Shown here: one piece after another, positions 1 to 8,293 of the stretch | Numbering within the stretch: position 1 is the first letter of the stretch | How the letters are laid out: each line of letters begins with the position of its first letter | Assembly (NCBI GenBank): GCA_964438455.1 | Contig: CAYTLI010000001.1 | Span: forward strand, 1,392 to 65,391 | DNA length: 64,000 nucleotides | Source: an uncultured Pseudohongiella sp. | Lineage (GTDB): Bacteria; Pseudomonadota; Gammaproteobacteria; Pseudomonadales; Pseudohongiellaceae | Direction: 5' to 3' | Made by a program: the position numbers and the translations under genes | Notes under the pieces: model-generated | Seen by the model: the letters and a program-made list of their open reading frames with translations, nothing else | Database searches by the model: none | Told to the model about the DNA's origin: nothing

Positions 1-1382
1 GGCAGGTCGAGAATATCGTCCACCAGGGTCGTGCCCGCCTCCATCTTTAACAAAACTCTTCCCGGCCCGATGGTTTCGATCACCTTGCCGACTACATTAA
101 GTTGCAGGAATGTCTCGGTTGAAATGAGGGCGTTGTGTGCGCCTTTTAGCTCGGCAAACAGACGCCAGCCTCGATTCGGATACAGGGTGTCATCAGCCTG
201 GGTGCGGGTAAAACTGATGCCGGGGATAAGCAAGTCAGAGCTTTCCCTCTGCTCATCGTGCAATCGATACTCATCGTGCTGGAAGCTCAGCATATAGTCC
301 CGCCTCCAACCATGACTATCGATAAAAGTATATTTGCTGCCCAGCTTGTCGGTACGCGTGTCGAAGGCATCCACATCTTCTCCCAATACACCCAGGGAGA
401 ATTCCAGTCTCTGTGTTCTCGGATTAGCCAGGGGAATTTCATAACCGAAATCCAGCTGCTGCTGCACGGGAGAGACACTGGAGTTCACAGAGAAGCGATG
501 ACCGACTGCATTGAGGTAGCGGTTTTCAAAGTCAGCTCTCACCCGCGGCCCTATATCTGTCGTGGCGCCACCGCCCAGGGTAAAAGCCCGCCTTGCACGC
601 ATGCTCAAGTTCACTGCCAGGGGTATTTCCTGGCCAACTGCTTGCTCGTGCTGCGGCGAGATCGTGACATTGTTGAAATACAGTGATTCGGTGAGAGACT
701 GTCGAATCTGTAACAGGGCTGAGGAAGAAAAGAATTCTCCGCTGTCGACATCTATGTAGCGGTTGATAAATTCTGCACCGAGAATTTCGTGACCCTGAAT
801 TCGAAACGCACCAAAGCGATATCGTTCGCCGGGCGAAAATTTAATTTGAGCATTCGCTGTATTACTCACCAGGTCCAGTTGCAACTCGGAATTAACCAGG
901 CGTGCATCGAAGAATCCCTGTTCCACCGCCAGAGCATTGAGTTGGCCCTTGATGCGTTCGTAATTTGCCTGGTTGAGTTGTTGTCCACTTTGCAGAGGCG
1001 GTTGCTCGATGACCGAACGAAAAAACGATGCGTTTTCATCGATATCGATAGAGACATTCTCAACCATGACCGGCGGTCCCGGCTCAACTTCGATGGTTAT
1101 CTGCCAACAATCATCCTGCCGGCCACCCCTGACCCGATGACGCAACTGGTAGTAACCCAGAGCCCGCGATGCCCGAACAACCTGCTGCCTGATGCGAGGC
1201 AGCAGGTTTGCCACCCTCGACTGGGGCGCGTCGCAGGCAAGACCCGACAGGCGTGCGTGAGCCTGGATATTTGCCGTCAGTTCCTCATTGGCACCACTGA
1301 TCAGCAATTCCGGCGTCTGTGCGTGGGAAAAGCTGCAGACCAGCAGTAATGCACCGCAGAATCTTGAATACTTAATAGGCAA
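1..1382 (-). CDS. tamA: TamA-like Omp85-family outer-membrane protein (translocation and assembly module); about 460 N-terminal aa, 3' end runs off the window
   Basis: Absent from the ORF track because there is no stop inside the window. My minus-strand translation is open from about 1382 to 1. It gives ...KYSRFCGALLLVCSFSHA/QTPELLISGANEELTANIQAHARLSGL... (signal peptide), ...RASRALGYYQ..., ...FSPGERYRFG... and POTRA-like repeats. Plus-strand ORFs 258-686 and 789-1349 are antisense shadows. The start is uncertain: TTG 1382, or in-frame ATG 1439 overlapping pldA. Confidence 0.7.
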   Translation of the reverse strand, partial: MPIKYSRFCGALLLVCSFSHAQTPELLISGANEELTANIQAHARLSGLACDAPQSRVANLLPRIRQQVVRASRALGYYQLRHRVRGGRQDDCWQITIEVEPGPPVMVENVSIDIDENASFFRSVIEQPPLQSGQQLNQANYERIKGQLNALAVEQGFFDARLVNSELQLDLVSNTANAQIKFSPGERYRFGAFRIQGHEILGAEFINRYIDVDSGEFFSSSALLQIRQSLTESLYFNNVTISPQHEQAVGQEIPLAVNLSMRARRAFTLGGGATTDIGPRVRADFENRYLNAVGHRFSVNSSVSPVQQQLDFGYEIPLANPRTQRLEFSLGVLGEDVDAFDTRTDKLGSKYTFIDSHGWRRDYMLSFQHDEYRLHDEQRESSDLLIPGISFTRTQADDTLYPNRGWRLFAELKGAHNALISTETFLQLNVVGKVIETIGPGRVLLKMEAGTTLVDDILDL

Positions 1383-1383
1383 G

Positions 1384-2364
1384 CTAATCAAACTCAATAG
1401 GCACGAAAATTCCTGCCCGAAGACTCTTGGTCTTCTCATTGTAACTGATCAGTCCTTCGCCATATCCGTCGTAATAACTGAGCATGAAGCGAGTATTCAG
1501 CCATGCCGTCATGTTGGAGATGTAGTCCAGTTGATAACTGTATTTGCTGGTGTCGTGGCCCTTTCTCACCGTAGTGCTCACCTGCCAACGGGAACTCGGC
1601 GCATGATAAGTAAGCCTTGCCTCAACGTTGCCCAGGTAATCGGTAATATCGTTGTTCTCAGCGCCCTTGTTCACCACGTTCCAGGCTTTAACGCGCAGAC
1701 TGAGATTCTGCTCTGAAAAATTCAGGGTCTTCTGTGCATAGATTCGGTCCCAGCTGCGCGAAGTGGCTCCAGCCAGGCCATTTGACTCATGCTCGTAACC
1801 AAAGCGATCGACGTACCTGCCAAGTTCTGCGGGCAGATATCCGTTTTCAGCAAGAGGGTCCTGAAAATCCCAGAATATTTCAGGATTGTAGTTGTGCTCC
1901 TTGAATGGCGCCGAAGATTCGGCAATGTCCCACCAGGATTTTTGTGAATAACCAAAGTGCAGAGGGCTGAGTCGATCATACTCAACGGTATTCTGAAAAA
2001 CCCTGAACTTCATGCCGAACTGAAATTTGATGTCCATGGTCTTGCCACTAAAGGGCTCGCCACCGTTCTTGTTGCGCATGGACCCGAACATGAAGTAGTT
2101 CTGCTTATAGGGAGTAAAGAAGTCACGGAAACCTGCAGGCATTTGCGGTTCGGCAATCACATCATCTTCGAGATTCAACCGGGATGAAGCAGTGAATACC
2201 GGACGCTGCTCTCTACAACTGTCCAATATTTCTCCGGCGGTGAGATTTACATTGTCCGCCGACTGCACTTCCCGCAACAGGCACTGCTCAAGTGTGTCAG
2301 ATTCAGCTGCACTCACGCCCCCGGCAATATTCAGGACGGCCACAACGAATAAAAGCCTTTTCAT
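1384..2364 (-). CDS. pldA: Outer-membrane phospholipase A1 (OMPLA)
   Basis: 326-aa ORF with signal peptide MKRLLFVVAVLNIAGGVSA. It has the OMPLA-type ...FGYEHESNG... catalytic His/Ser signature and a beta-barrel-like alternating pattern. Confidence 0.8.
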   Translation of the reverse strand: MKRLLFVVAVLNIAGGVSAAESDTLEQCLLREVQSADNVNLTAGEILDSCREQRPVFTASSRLNLEDDVIAEPQMPAGFRDFFTPYKQNYFMFGSMRNKNGGEPFSGKTMDIKFQFGMKFRVFQNTVEYDRLSPLHFGYSQKSWWDIAESSAPFKEHNYNPEIFWDFQDPLAENGYLPAELGRYVDRFGYEHESNGLAGATSRSWDRIYAQKTLNFSEQNLSLRVKAWNVVNKGAENNDITDYLGNVEARLTYHAPSSRWQVSTTVRKGHDTSKYSYQLDYISNMTAWLNTRFMLSYYDGYGEGLISYNEKTKSLRAGIFVPIEFD

Positions 2365-2552
2365 CTGGTGATTACTCTTCGATAGATTGATGTCATAAAG
2401 TCCGACAAATGGTTTACCTGCCTGCCCATCCTCAGCATAATTGAGCCCGGCAGTTTTTGTCGGCTACGGACCTAGAGTAAACGAGCACTTGCAAGATTGC
2501 ATCCCGGTCTGAGCTGCAAAGATGTCTATAAAAATAATCATTTGGAAGCACT

Positions 2553-3023
2553 TTGCTTAGTGTTCTGGAAAACAGCAGCGTAGCCATCTGGGTGGGTGAG
2601 TCCCTATACGCCTATCCTGGGTTACTGGCCTGTCATATCGTCGGCCTTGCCACGATTGCCGGCATCTACGCCATGCGTGACCTGAAGTTGCTCGGGTTTT
2701 TTCCTGACGTGGATGGCGGCGTATTCCTGCAGTTAAACAAGCTGGCTCTGTGCGGGTTCACTATCAATGCAATTTCCGGATTTCTGCTGTTTATTTCCCA
2801 GGCCTCATACCTGAGCACCAGCGTTCCTTTCCTGTCGAAATTAACCTGCATCGCTATCGCCATGTTGCTGTCCTGGCGAATTCAGAAATTATTGCAAGCG
2901 ACATCAATTAGCGCAGCACCAGCACTCATAGTCGACAACACTGGCAAGATCATGGCCGCCGCTTCATTAGCCTTGTGGATCGGCGCGATTATTGCCGGCC
3001 GATTAATCGCCTATATCTTTTGA
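2553..3023 (+). CDS. Polytopic inner-membrane protein, unknown function
   Basis: 156-aa ORF with a TTG start and GGAAG just upstream. It has several hydrophobic helices and ends ...AGRLIAYIF, like the next ORF. Confidence 0.6.
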   Translation: MLSVLENSSVAIWVGESLYAYPGLLACHIVGLATIAGIYAMRDLKLLGFFPDVDGGVFLQLNKLALCGFTINAISGFLLFISQASYLSTSVPFLSKLTCIAIAMLLSWRIQKLLQATSISAAPALIVDNTGKIMAAASLALWIGAIIAGRLIAYIF

Positions 3024-3025
3024 TC

Positions 3026-3514
3026 ATGTGGAATTATTTCGCCAGCATCGCAGCAGACAGTGCACTGAATCAGTGGATAGCTGAAACCTACTGGTTATGG
3101 CCGGTGTTGGAGATTATCCATTTTATCGGGCTTACCCTGATGCTGGGTGGATTGATCGTTGTCGATTTGCACATGGCAGGCCACCTACCCAAACTCAAGG
3201 CAAGCAATACTCATCAGTTACTGCCCCTGGTAGTTCTCGGCTTTGCGCTCAACCTGATCACCGGCGTGCTGTTCTTCTATGGAGATCCTGGCCGCTACTC
3301 GATCAATATCGGTTTTCAGGTCAAGATGGTGCTGGTGATGATTGCCGGGCTCAATGCCATGTTCTATCACTGGAAAGTGAGCCCGATCATGCTGGCGCAT
3401 GGCGAAGCAGGAACCCGCCCCATGTTGGTTCGGTGCACTGCCTATACTTCGCTGACCATGTGGTTCGGTGTGTTACTGGCCGGCCGCCTGATTCCCTATG
3501 TGGGAACAGGCTAA
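3026..3514 (+). CDS. Polytopic inner-membrane protein, paralog of 2553-3023
   Basis: The ORF track gives 2975-3514. I prefer ATG 3026 (MWNYFASIAADS...), 2 nt after the previous stop. The helix layout is similar and the protein ends ...AGRLIPYVG. Confidence 0.6.
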   Translation: MWNYFASIAADSALNQWIAETYWLWPVLEIIHFIGLTLMLGGLIVVDLHMAGHLPKLKASNTHQLLPLVVLGFALNLITGVLFFYGDPGRYSINIGFQVKMVLVMIAGLNAMFYHWKVSPIMLAHGEAGTRPMLVRCTAYTSLTMWFGVLLAGRLIPYVGTG

Positions 3515-3535
3515 ACCAGCATCAAGAGTCGCAGA

Positions 3536-4258
3536 TTAGTCGTACTTGGAAGGATAAAAACGCACTGAAGCGCGGGAAGCTTCAGGATCGCAGTCGTATG
3601 CCTGCAATTTGTAACCCTCTGCTGCGGGCAACCACCGAGTGCTATATGAAGTAGGCTCCAGCAAGAACATGGGATCTTCAACAGTCAACTCTATGCGCAG
3701 CTCTTCACCTTCTCGCCAGTAGCGTTCGGTGATCACTTTCTGGGCAGAGGAAGGAATGCCGTTGTAGTCATCGAATCCTGCGATGTCGAACACGAAATGC
3801 GTCGTGGTGACATAGAGTGCACCGTCTTCATAATAACCGGTAGAAAAACCCTGGATGCTGAAGTCAGTCGCATTGGGCTCCCGGCCATCCAGCCAAACCG
3901 TGCGTAGTTGGTCGTCTTTTTCATAACGAAACATGACTCGATCCGGCCATTGGGTTACCTGCATTGCGTAGGGATCATACTGAATAGCGGGAGATGACGC
4001 AGGCTGGCAGTCATACTTCGGCGCCATGGTCTCTTCCCAGACCTCCTGGTAGGCGAGAGCCCTGGCATTGAGTTTTGGAAAGTTGTCTTCGCCCCAGGGC
4101 ACATCGACACCATTCACCGGGCGTACACTGAATCCGCCATCCCAGATACCTTCAAGGTCCGGAATGTCAGCATCACTCTGGGCGCTGATCTGCGGTACCA
4201 GCAGTGCCAGGGACAAGGAAGCCAGGGAAGCGAAAGTAATCTTTTGTAGTTGTTTCAT
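3536..4258 (-). CDS. Exported hypothetical protein (240 aa)
   Basis: Signal peptide MKQLQKITFASLASLSLALLVPQISA/QS. I recognise no catalytic motif. Confidence 0.6.
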   Translation of the reverse strand: MKQLQKITFASLASLSLALLVPQISAQSDADIPDLEGIWDGGFSVRPVNGVDVPWGEDNFPKLNARALAYQEVWEETMAPKYDCQPASSPAIQYDPYAMQVTQWPDRVMFRYEKDDQLRTVWLDGREPNATDFSIQGFSTGYYEDGALYVTTTHFVFDIAGFDDYNGIPSSAQKVITERYWREGEELRIELTVEDPMFLLEPTSYSTRWLPAAEGYKLQAYDCDPEASRASVRFYPSKYD

Positions 4259-4282
4259 TGATTGCGCGCCTCGCTGCCTATC

Positions 4283-4699
4283 CTAGTTTTGATCTTCTTC
4301 TTCGACTCGACCACCACGCAGAACCGGGCTCCCGTCTTCGCGTGTCATGCGGACACAACAAAGGCCAAAGGATCCATCTGCGCGGGATTTATTGCCGGTT
4401 ACTTTGACAACCATGCCCACTTCAAGGGTATCGGGTGTCCAGCCGGTGCGACGAAGACTCACAGGTGCACCCAGTTCCACCTGCCACTCAACTGTCTGGC
4501 CATTTTCGTCAACGGCATCGATAAAAAGGAATGCGTGTGGATTTCTGAATACGAATCGGGTAATCGAGCCTTCGATGGAGACTCGGTTTTCAGGATCATA
4601 AAATGGCGCACTGGCATGGTGTGCCGAAAGCGGTGCGTTGATGAGGAAGAGTCCTGCGCAGATAACTGTGAGCGCTTTCTTGGGAAGTGAGCTGGTCAT
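4283..4699 (-). CDS. Exported small protein, DUF6152-like (family name from memory)
   Basis: The ORF track gives 4283-4810. I prefer ATG 4699 (MTSSLPKKALTVICAGLFLINAPLSA/HHASAPFYD...). The AHH...NPH...GW... pattern is typical of that family. Confidence 0.6.
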   Translation of the reverse strand: MTSSLPKKALTVICAGLFLINAPLSAHHASAPFYDPENRVSIEGSITRFVFRNPHAFLFIDAVDENGQTVEWQVELGAPVSLRRTGWTPDTLEVGMVVKVTGNKSRADGSFGLCCVRMTREDGSPVLRGGRVEEEDQN

Positions 4700-4850
4700 G
4701 AAATGTTCCTTCTGGTTGCGCGTCCCTGCAACGTCTTGTTTTAGTAATGGGCACAGCCTAAAGACATGCCCGGGCTGAGTCAAACTGATTTTCCATACCG
4801 TGCGCAGCACTATTTTAGTTTGATTATCAGCCAGTTATCTTCCCGAGTTG

Positions 4851-5543
4851 CTAGAGATAGTTCTCGCCAACCGAGCAGGCTGCGATGCGACTGAGGTGAC
4901 TATAGGGAAGCCCGGTCTGTTCGTGCCAGCTATTAAACTGCGCCTGGATTTTCTTCAGATCCCGCTGGGAAGCTGGAGATTCTGCGATTTCCAGCCCAAC
5001 ACTCTTCAGCACAGTGACCACGTCGCGAGAAAGAATGAAACAGTCCTTGCCCATACGCCGCAAGAACCACAGAGCACTCTGTCCTCCGAGGCGCGAGCCA
5101 TGCTTTTTCATGTATGCCATCAAGCCGATCTGGTCTTCGGCAGGCCATTCGGCAATGAATTTGCCGAAGGAGCCGTGTTGCCGGGCAACATCCTGGACAA
5201 AAAATACATTCTCCTGCAATGCCTTGATCTTCTGCCAGTTGCGCACGACCCTGCGATCGCTGGTGTAGGCTTCCCATTGTTCGGGCGACAGGTAACCCAG
5301 TTTGCGCACATCGAATCCAAAGAATGCTTCTTCGAATTCAGGCCACTTGTTCTCAATGACTTTCCAGCTGAATCCTGCCTGGTTGATGCAGCGCGTCATC
5401 ATGGACAGGTAGCGATCGTCAGAAATTGCCTGCAAGGCCTTCTTGCTGGCGACCTTGGGCAGGATTCTCTTCAGCTCCGCCGCACCCCCTTTGCGCTTCT
5501 CTGCTCGTTGACGAATCTGATCAAACTTCTTGCTTGCCATCAC
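4851..5543 (-). CDS. DNA-3-methyladenine glycosylase I (Tag) family protein
   Basis: 230 aa. The stretch ...QAGFSWKVIENKWPEFEEAFFGFD...RVVRNWQKIKALQENV...HGSFGKFI... resembles the Tag/adenine-glycosylase fold signature. It has an N-terminal basic extension. Confidence 0.6.
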   Translation of the reverse strand: MMASKKFDQIRQRAEKRKGGAAELKRILPKVASKKALQAISDDRYLSMMTRCINQAGFSWKVIENKWPEFEEAFFGFDVRKLGYLSPEQWEAYTSDRRVVRNWQKIKALQENVFFVQDVARQHGSFGKFIAEWPAEDQIGLMAYMKKHGSRLGGQSALWFLRRMGKDCFILSRDVVTVLKSVGLEIAESPASQRDLKKIQAQFNSWHEQTGLPYSHLSRIAACSVGENYL

Positions 5544-5554
5544 CGGGACCCGAA

Positions 5555-6514
5555 TTACTTCCTTGCCACGAGCACGGTAAAGTCGCTGGTAATTTCTCCG
5601 TTCGCTATCAGTTGCTTCTCCTCATCAATCAGTCGTCGCAACACCTGCTTTCCTGCTTCGGTCTCACTCAGGTTTCCGGCAATATTGTCCAGCACCAGGT
5701 GCAGGAGTGTGCCGCCGAAATCCCGGCGATCGATGATGGTGAACTTCGCTTCCATCTGGCTAATGATGTCTTCGGAACGAATAGCCTCGGTAGGATCATA
5801 AGCATTCATTGCCTCAATCGTGGGCCTTTCCACATGATGCTTGATGCCCTCCTCACGAATACAGGCACGAAATTTTTCCGGGATACTTTCCAGTAGTCGC
5901 TGGGCATGCTGGAGTTGTGCGTCAGTCCATTGAAACTGGTTGGGCCCGACGAATTCATTAACTATAAACAGACCACCCGCTTTTAAGGTCTGCTGAACCT
6001 GGGCCATATAGTGTTCCAGGTCTTCGATGTGGTGGACAGATTGCGATGCGAAGACAGCGCCATAGCAATCGGTCGGTAACTCAATTCGATTCAGGTCGGC
6101 AACTTGATAGTGGATTGCATCTGCCTGTCCCGACTTTTGGGCTTCTTCCTGCGCCACATCGATTGCACCCGCCGACACATCATAGGCATCGAAACGCCCG
6201 GCGATACCTAGCTGCAGACCATGCCGCTCCAGACCGCCACCACCACAACCAAGACTGAGCGCGACATCTACCGGCTCGGCAAAATAATCAGACGCAACTG
6301 CCTCCAACCAGCCACGCTCGGCGTGACCAGACACCTGGGGATTGATGTATTCGCTCAGCACGATTGGGCATTCTGCCCAGGAGCTGGGTCGCAGGGCCTG
6401 GATTGCTTCCTGGGCTTTCTCGCCCCAGTGTTTGCTCGCCAGCTCCAGATCGCTTGTCGGCGATTGTTCGCTGGCGCCACCGAGCCAGCGCTTCAATGCA
6501 TTAATTGGATTCAT
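5555..6514 (-). CDS. Class I SAM-dependent methyltransferase
   Basis: 319 aa. Motif I is ...VALSLGCGGGGLE..., followed by acidic post-I ...FDAYDVS... and ...VFASQSVHHI.... Confidence 0.7.
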   Translation of the reverse strand: MNPINALKRWLGGASEQSPTSDLELASKHWGEKAQEAIQALRPSSWAECPIVLSEYINPQVSGHAERGWLEAVASDYFAEPVDVALSLGCGGGGLERHGLQLGIAGRFDAYDVSAGAIDVAQEEAQKSGQADAIHYQVADLNRIELPTDCYGAVFASQSVHHIEDLEHYMAQVQQTLKAGGLFIVNEFVGPNQFQWTDAQLQHAQRLLESIPEKFRACIREEGIKHHVERPTIEAMNAYDPTEAIRSEDIISQMEAKFTIIDRRDFGGTLLHLVLDNIAGNLSETEAGKQVLRRLIDEEKQLIANGEITSDFTVLVARK

Positions 6515-6559
6515 GAAAAACAGGGGGACAAGGAGAAAACTTCAGCAGAACTGCACAGC

Positions 6560-6925
6560 CTATAGGGAGTAATCGAGATCAAAGTCTACTTCGGTGACAC
6601 CGGGTACTGCACGCACAATGGCACCTAGACTCTGTTGTATGGTGCCGGTGCTTCCAGGCGTGCGCATGCCCCCGCAATCTTCACATTGCAGTGGCCCGCT
6701 GATCAACACGTGGCCCTCATTTACTTCGACAGTGAGACCCTGCGGCAGATCATCGGCCGCAAGCAGTGCTGATTTAATCAGGGCAGCGAGATTAATATCA
6801 TCACTGCCGGTAGTTGCTACGGGTTCAGGAGATGTTGTTTCAGAAGATGTGGGTGATTCACCACAGGCATTGAGAAGCAGAAGGCAAAATGCAAATACAA
6901 ACAGTAGTGGGCTTGTGTTCTTCAT
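6560..6925 (-). CDS. Small lipoprotein with BON-like C-terminal domain
   Basis: Lipobox LLLLNA-C in MKNTSPLLFVFAFCLLLLNACGE. The C-terminus ...VEVNEGHVLISGPL...AIVRAVPGVTEVDFDL is BON-like. Its ATG overlaps the upstream stop (ATGA). Confidence 0.6.
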   Translation of the reverse strand: MKNTSPLLFVFAFCLLLLNACGESPTSSETTSPEPVATTGSDDINLAALIKSALLAADDLPQGLTVEVNEGHVLISGPLQCEDCGGMRTPGSTGTIQQSLGAIVRAVPGVTEVDFDLDYSL

Positions 6926-7296
6926 TCGCTAGAACTTGCCTGCGTTTGTTGGTAAGTCACACTGCCGCCGCCTATCTGATAAGTCCGCAACAGATCCTGC
7001 ACCCGGATGCGAAACTCATCGTCAGAAAACCATTCGATTCCGGTAACCAGTACCGAATCCAGGGTATTGAGTTCTCCCAACACATTCCTGAAAAACTCTT
7101 CCGGGCTTTGCTGTCGGGTTTCCAATACGGGTTCGCCTGCCCAGTATTCACTGTCATTGAGAGTTCCCTGCTCCGACATCCCATGTTGTTGATGAGAGAC
7201 AGTATCACGCCAGTACATATACAGCTTGTCGCAGGCTATTTCTCCGCTTTTGTCCTTGCCATGATGACTTAGTCGTAAGAAGTCTCTTCTCTGCAT
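6922..7296 (-). CDS. Small hypothetical protein starting MQRRDFLRL...
   Basis: The ORF track gives 6922-7335. ATG 7296 avoids overlap with the FAD subunit (stop at 7307). The protein is acidic and soluble-looking. It has an RRDFLR motif with no hydrophobic core behind it. Confidence 0.45.
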   Translation of the reverse strand: MQRRDFLRLSHHGKDKSGEIACDKLYMYWRDTVSHQQHGMSEQGTLNDSEYWAGEPVLETRQQSPEEFFRNVLGELNTLDSVLVTGIEWFSDDEFRIRVQDLLRTYQIGGGSVTYQQTQASSSE

Positions 7297-7306
7297 ACTG
7301 GTGTTC

Positions 7307-8293
7307 CTAACCCGCAGCGAGACTGAGGATCGCATCCTCGATGGCAGCGACTGTCATGGGCAGCTTGTGACGATTCTTTGCCAGTGGTTGAGCCTCGGCT
7401 ATAGCCAGCTCTCCTGCTTCATGAGCCACCGCGCTGCTGATCTGCTTGCCTTGCAGGAATGCTTCCACTGCCTCCACCCGCCAGGGTATCGGTGCGACGC
7501 CACCGAGCACGATGCGCGCGCTGTCGATTTCATTGCCGCTACGCTGAATGACCGTTGCGACGCCCACTTCCGCGTGCGTCCATGCGGCACGATCCATGAT
7601 CTTGTTATAGGTGCTAACAGTCGAGGCGGATGGCAATGGAATGCGTACGCCGGTGAGTAATTCACCGGCAGCGAGCGCGTTCTCACGCGCCGGATCCACC
7701 CGCGGTAACAGGAAAAATTCATCGGCCGGAATTTCTCGTTCGCCATCGGCGCCGGCAACCTGGAACACTGCATCGAACGCAACCAGCGCTGGAGCAATGT
7801 CTGAAGGATGCACTATGAAGGATGGACCGCCACCGAAAATGGCATGCTGGCCATTCTCGCCATTGACCGAGAAGCATTGATCTCCGCCTGCCTTATAGCA
7901 ATCGAAACCATTACGGTAATACCAGCACCATGGTCTTTGGGTTACATTGCCGGCCAGCGTCGCCACGTTGCGAATCTGCGGTGTGCCGACACTCGCCGCT
8001 GCCTGCGCCACGGCGGTCAGGGTCGAGATGACTCGCGCATCGCTTTCCAGTTCAGTCAGAGTAGTCAGGCCACTGAGCGTAACGTCGGCCGAGCTGGAGG
8101 CGATATGGCCTCCTTCTTCGATGTTACGCAGATTAATGATCACATCCGCCAGGTCAGTTCCATCCTTGATCTGTTGCAGCAGGTCGGTACCACCACCAGA
8201 GAATGCATACTGTTGGCCGTTGGCGCTGGCTTCCTGTGCAGCCAACACAGCTTCACGAAAACTGCTGACATTGATATTGCTTACTTGTTTCAT
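7307..8293 (-). CDS. Xanthine dehydrogenase-family FAD-binding subunit (CoxM/PaoB-like)
   Basis: 328 aa. ...FSGGGTDLLQQIKDG... and ...ATLAGNV... are typical of the molybdopterin-dehydrogenase FAD domain. It has a 4-nt overlap with the large subunit. Confidence 0.8.
   Translation of the reverse strand: MKQVSNINVSSFREAVLAAQEASANGQQYAFSGGGTDLLQQIKDGTDLADVIINLRNIEEGGHIASSSADVTLSGLTTLTELESDARVISTLTAVAQAAASVGTPQIRNVATLAGNVTQRPWCWYYRNGFDCYKAGGDQCFSVNGENGQHAIFGGGPSFIVHPSDIAPALVAFDAVFQVAGADGEREIPADEFFLLPRVDPARENALAAGELLTGVRIPLPSASTVSTYNKIMDRAAWTHAEVGVATVIQRSGNEIDSARIVLGGVAPIPWRVEAVEAFLQGKQISSAVAHEAGELAIAEAQPLAKNRHKLPMTVAAIEDAILSLAAG

Noticed and set aside
258-1349. Plus-strand ORFs 258-686 and 789-1349.
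   Set aside because: The minus strand is open through the whole region and encodes a recognisable TamA-like protein. That gene is missing from the ORF track only because its stop lies outside the window.
3097-3654. A 185-aa plus-strand ORF in an alternative frame over the second membrane-protein gene.
   Set aside because: It overlaps a better-supported frame with hydrophobic helices and paralogy to the upstream gene. Its translation is Arg/Pro-rich.
4848-5801. A 317-aa plus-strand ORF spanning the tag-like gene and the start of the methyltransferase gene.
   Set aside because: It runs antisense across two well-supported minus-strand genes and their intergenic gap. It has no motifs.
6922-7335. 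A Tat signal peptide on the small ORF starting MQRRDFLRL.
   Set aside because: The RR motif is followed by charged residues (SHHGKDKSGE) instead of a hydrophobic h-region, so export through Tat is not supported.
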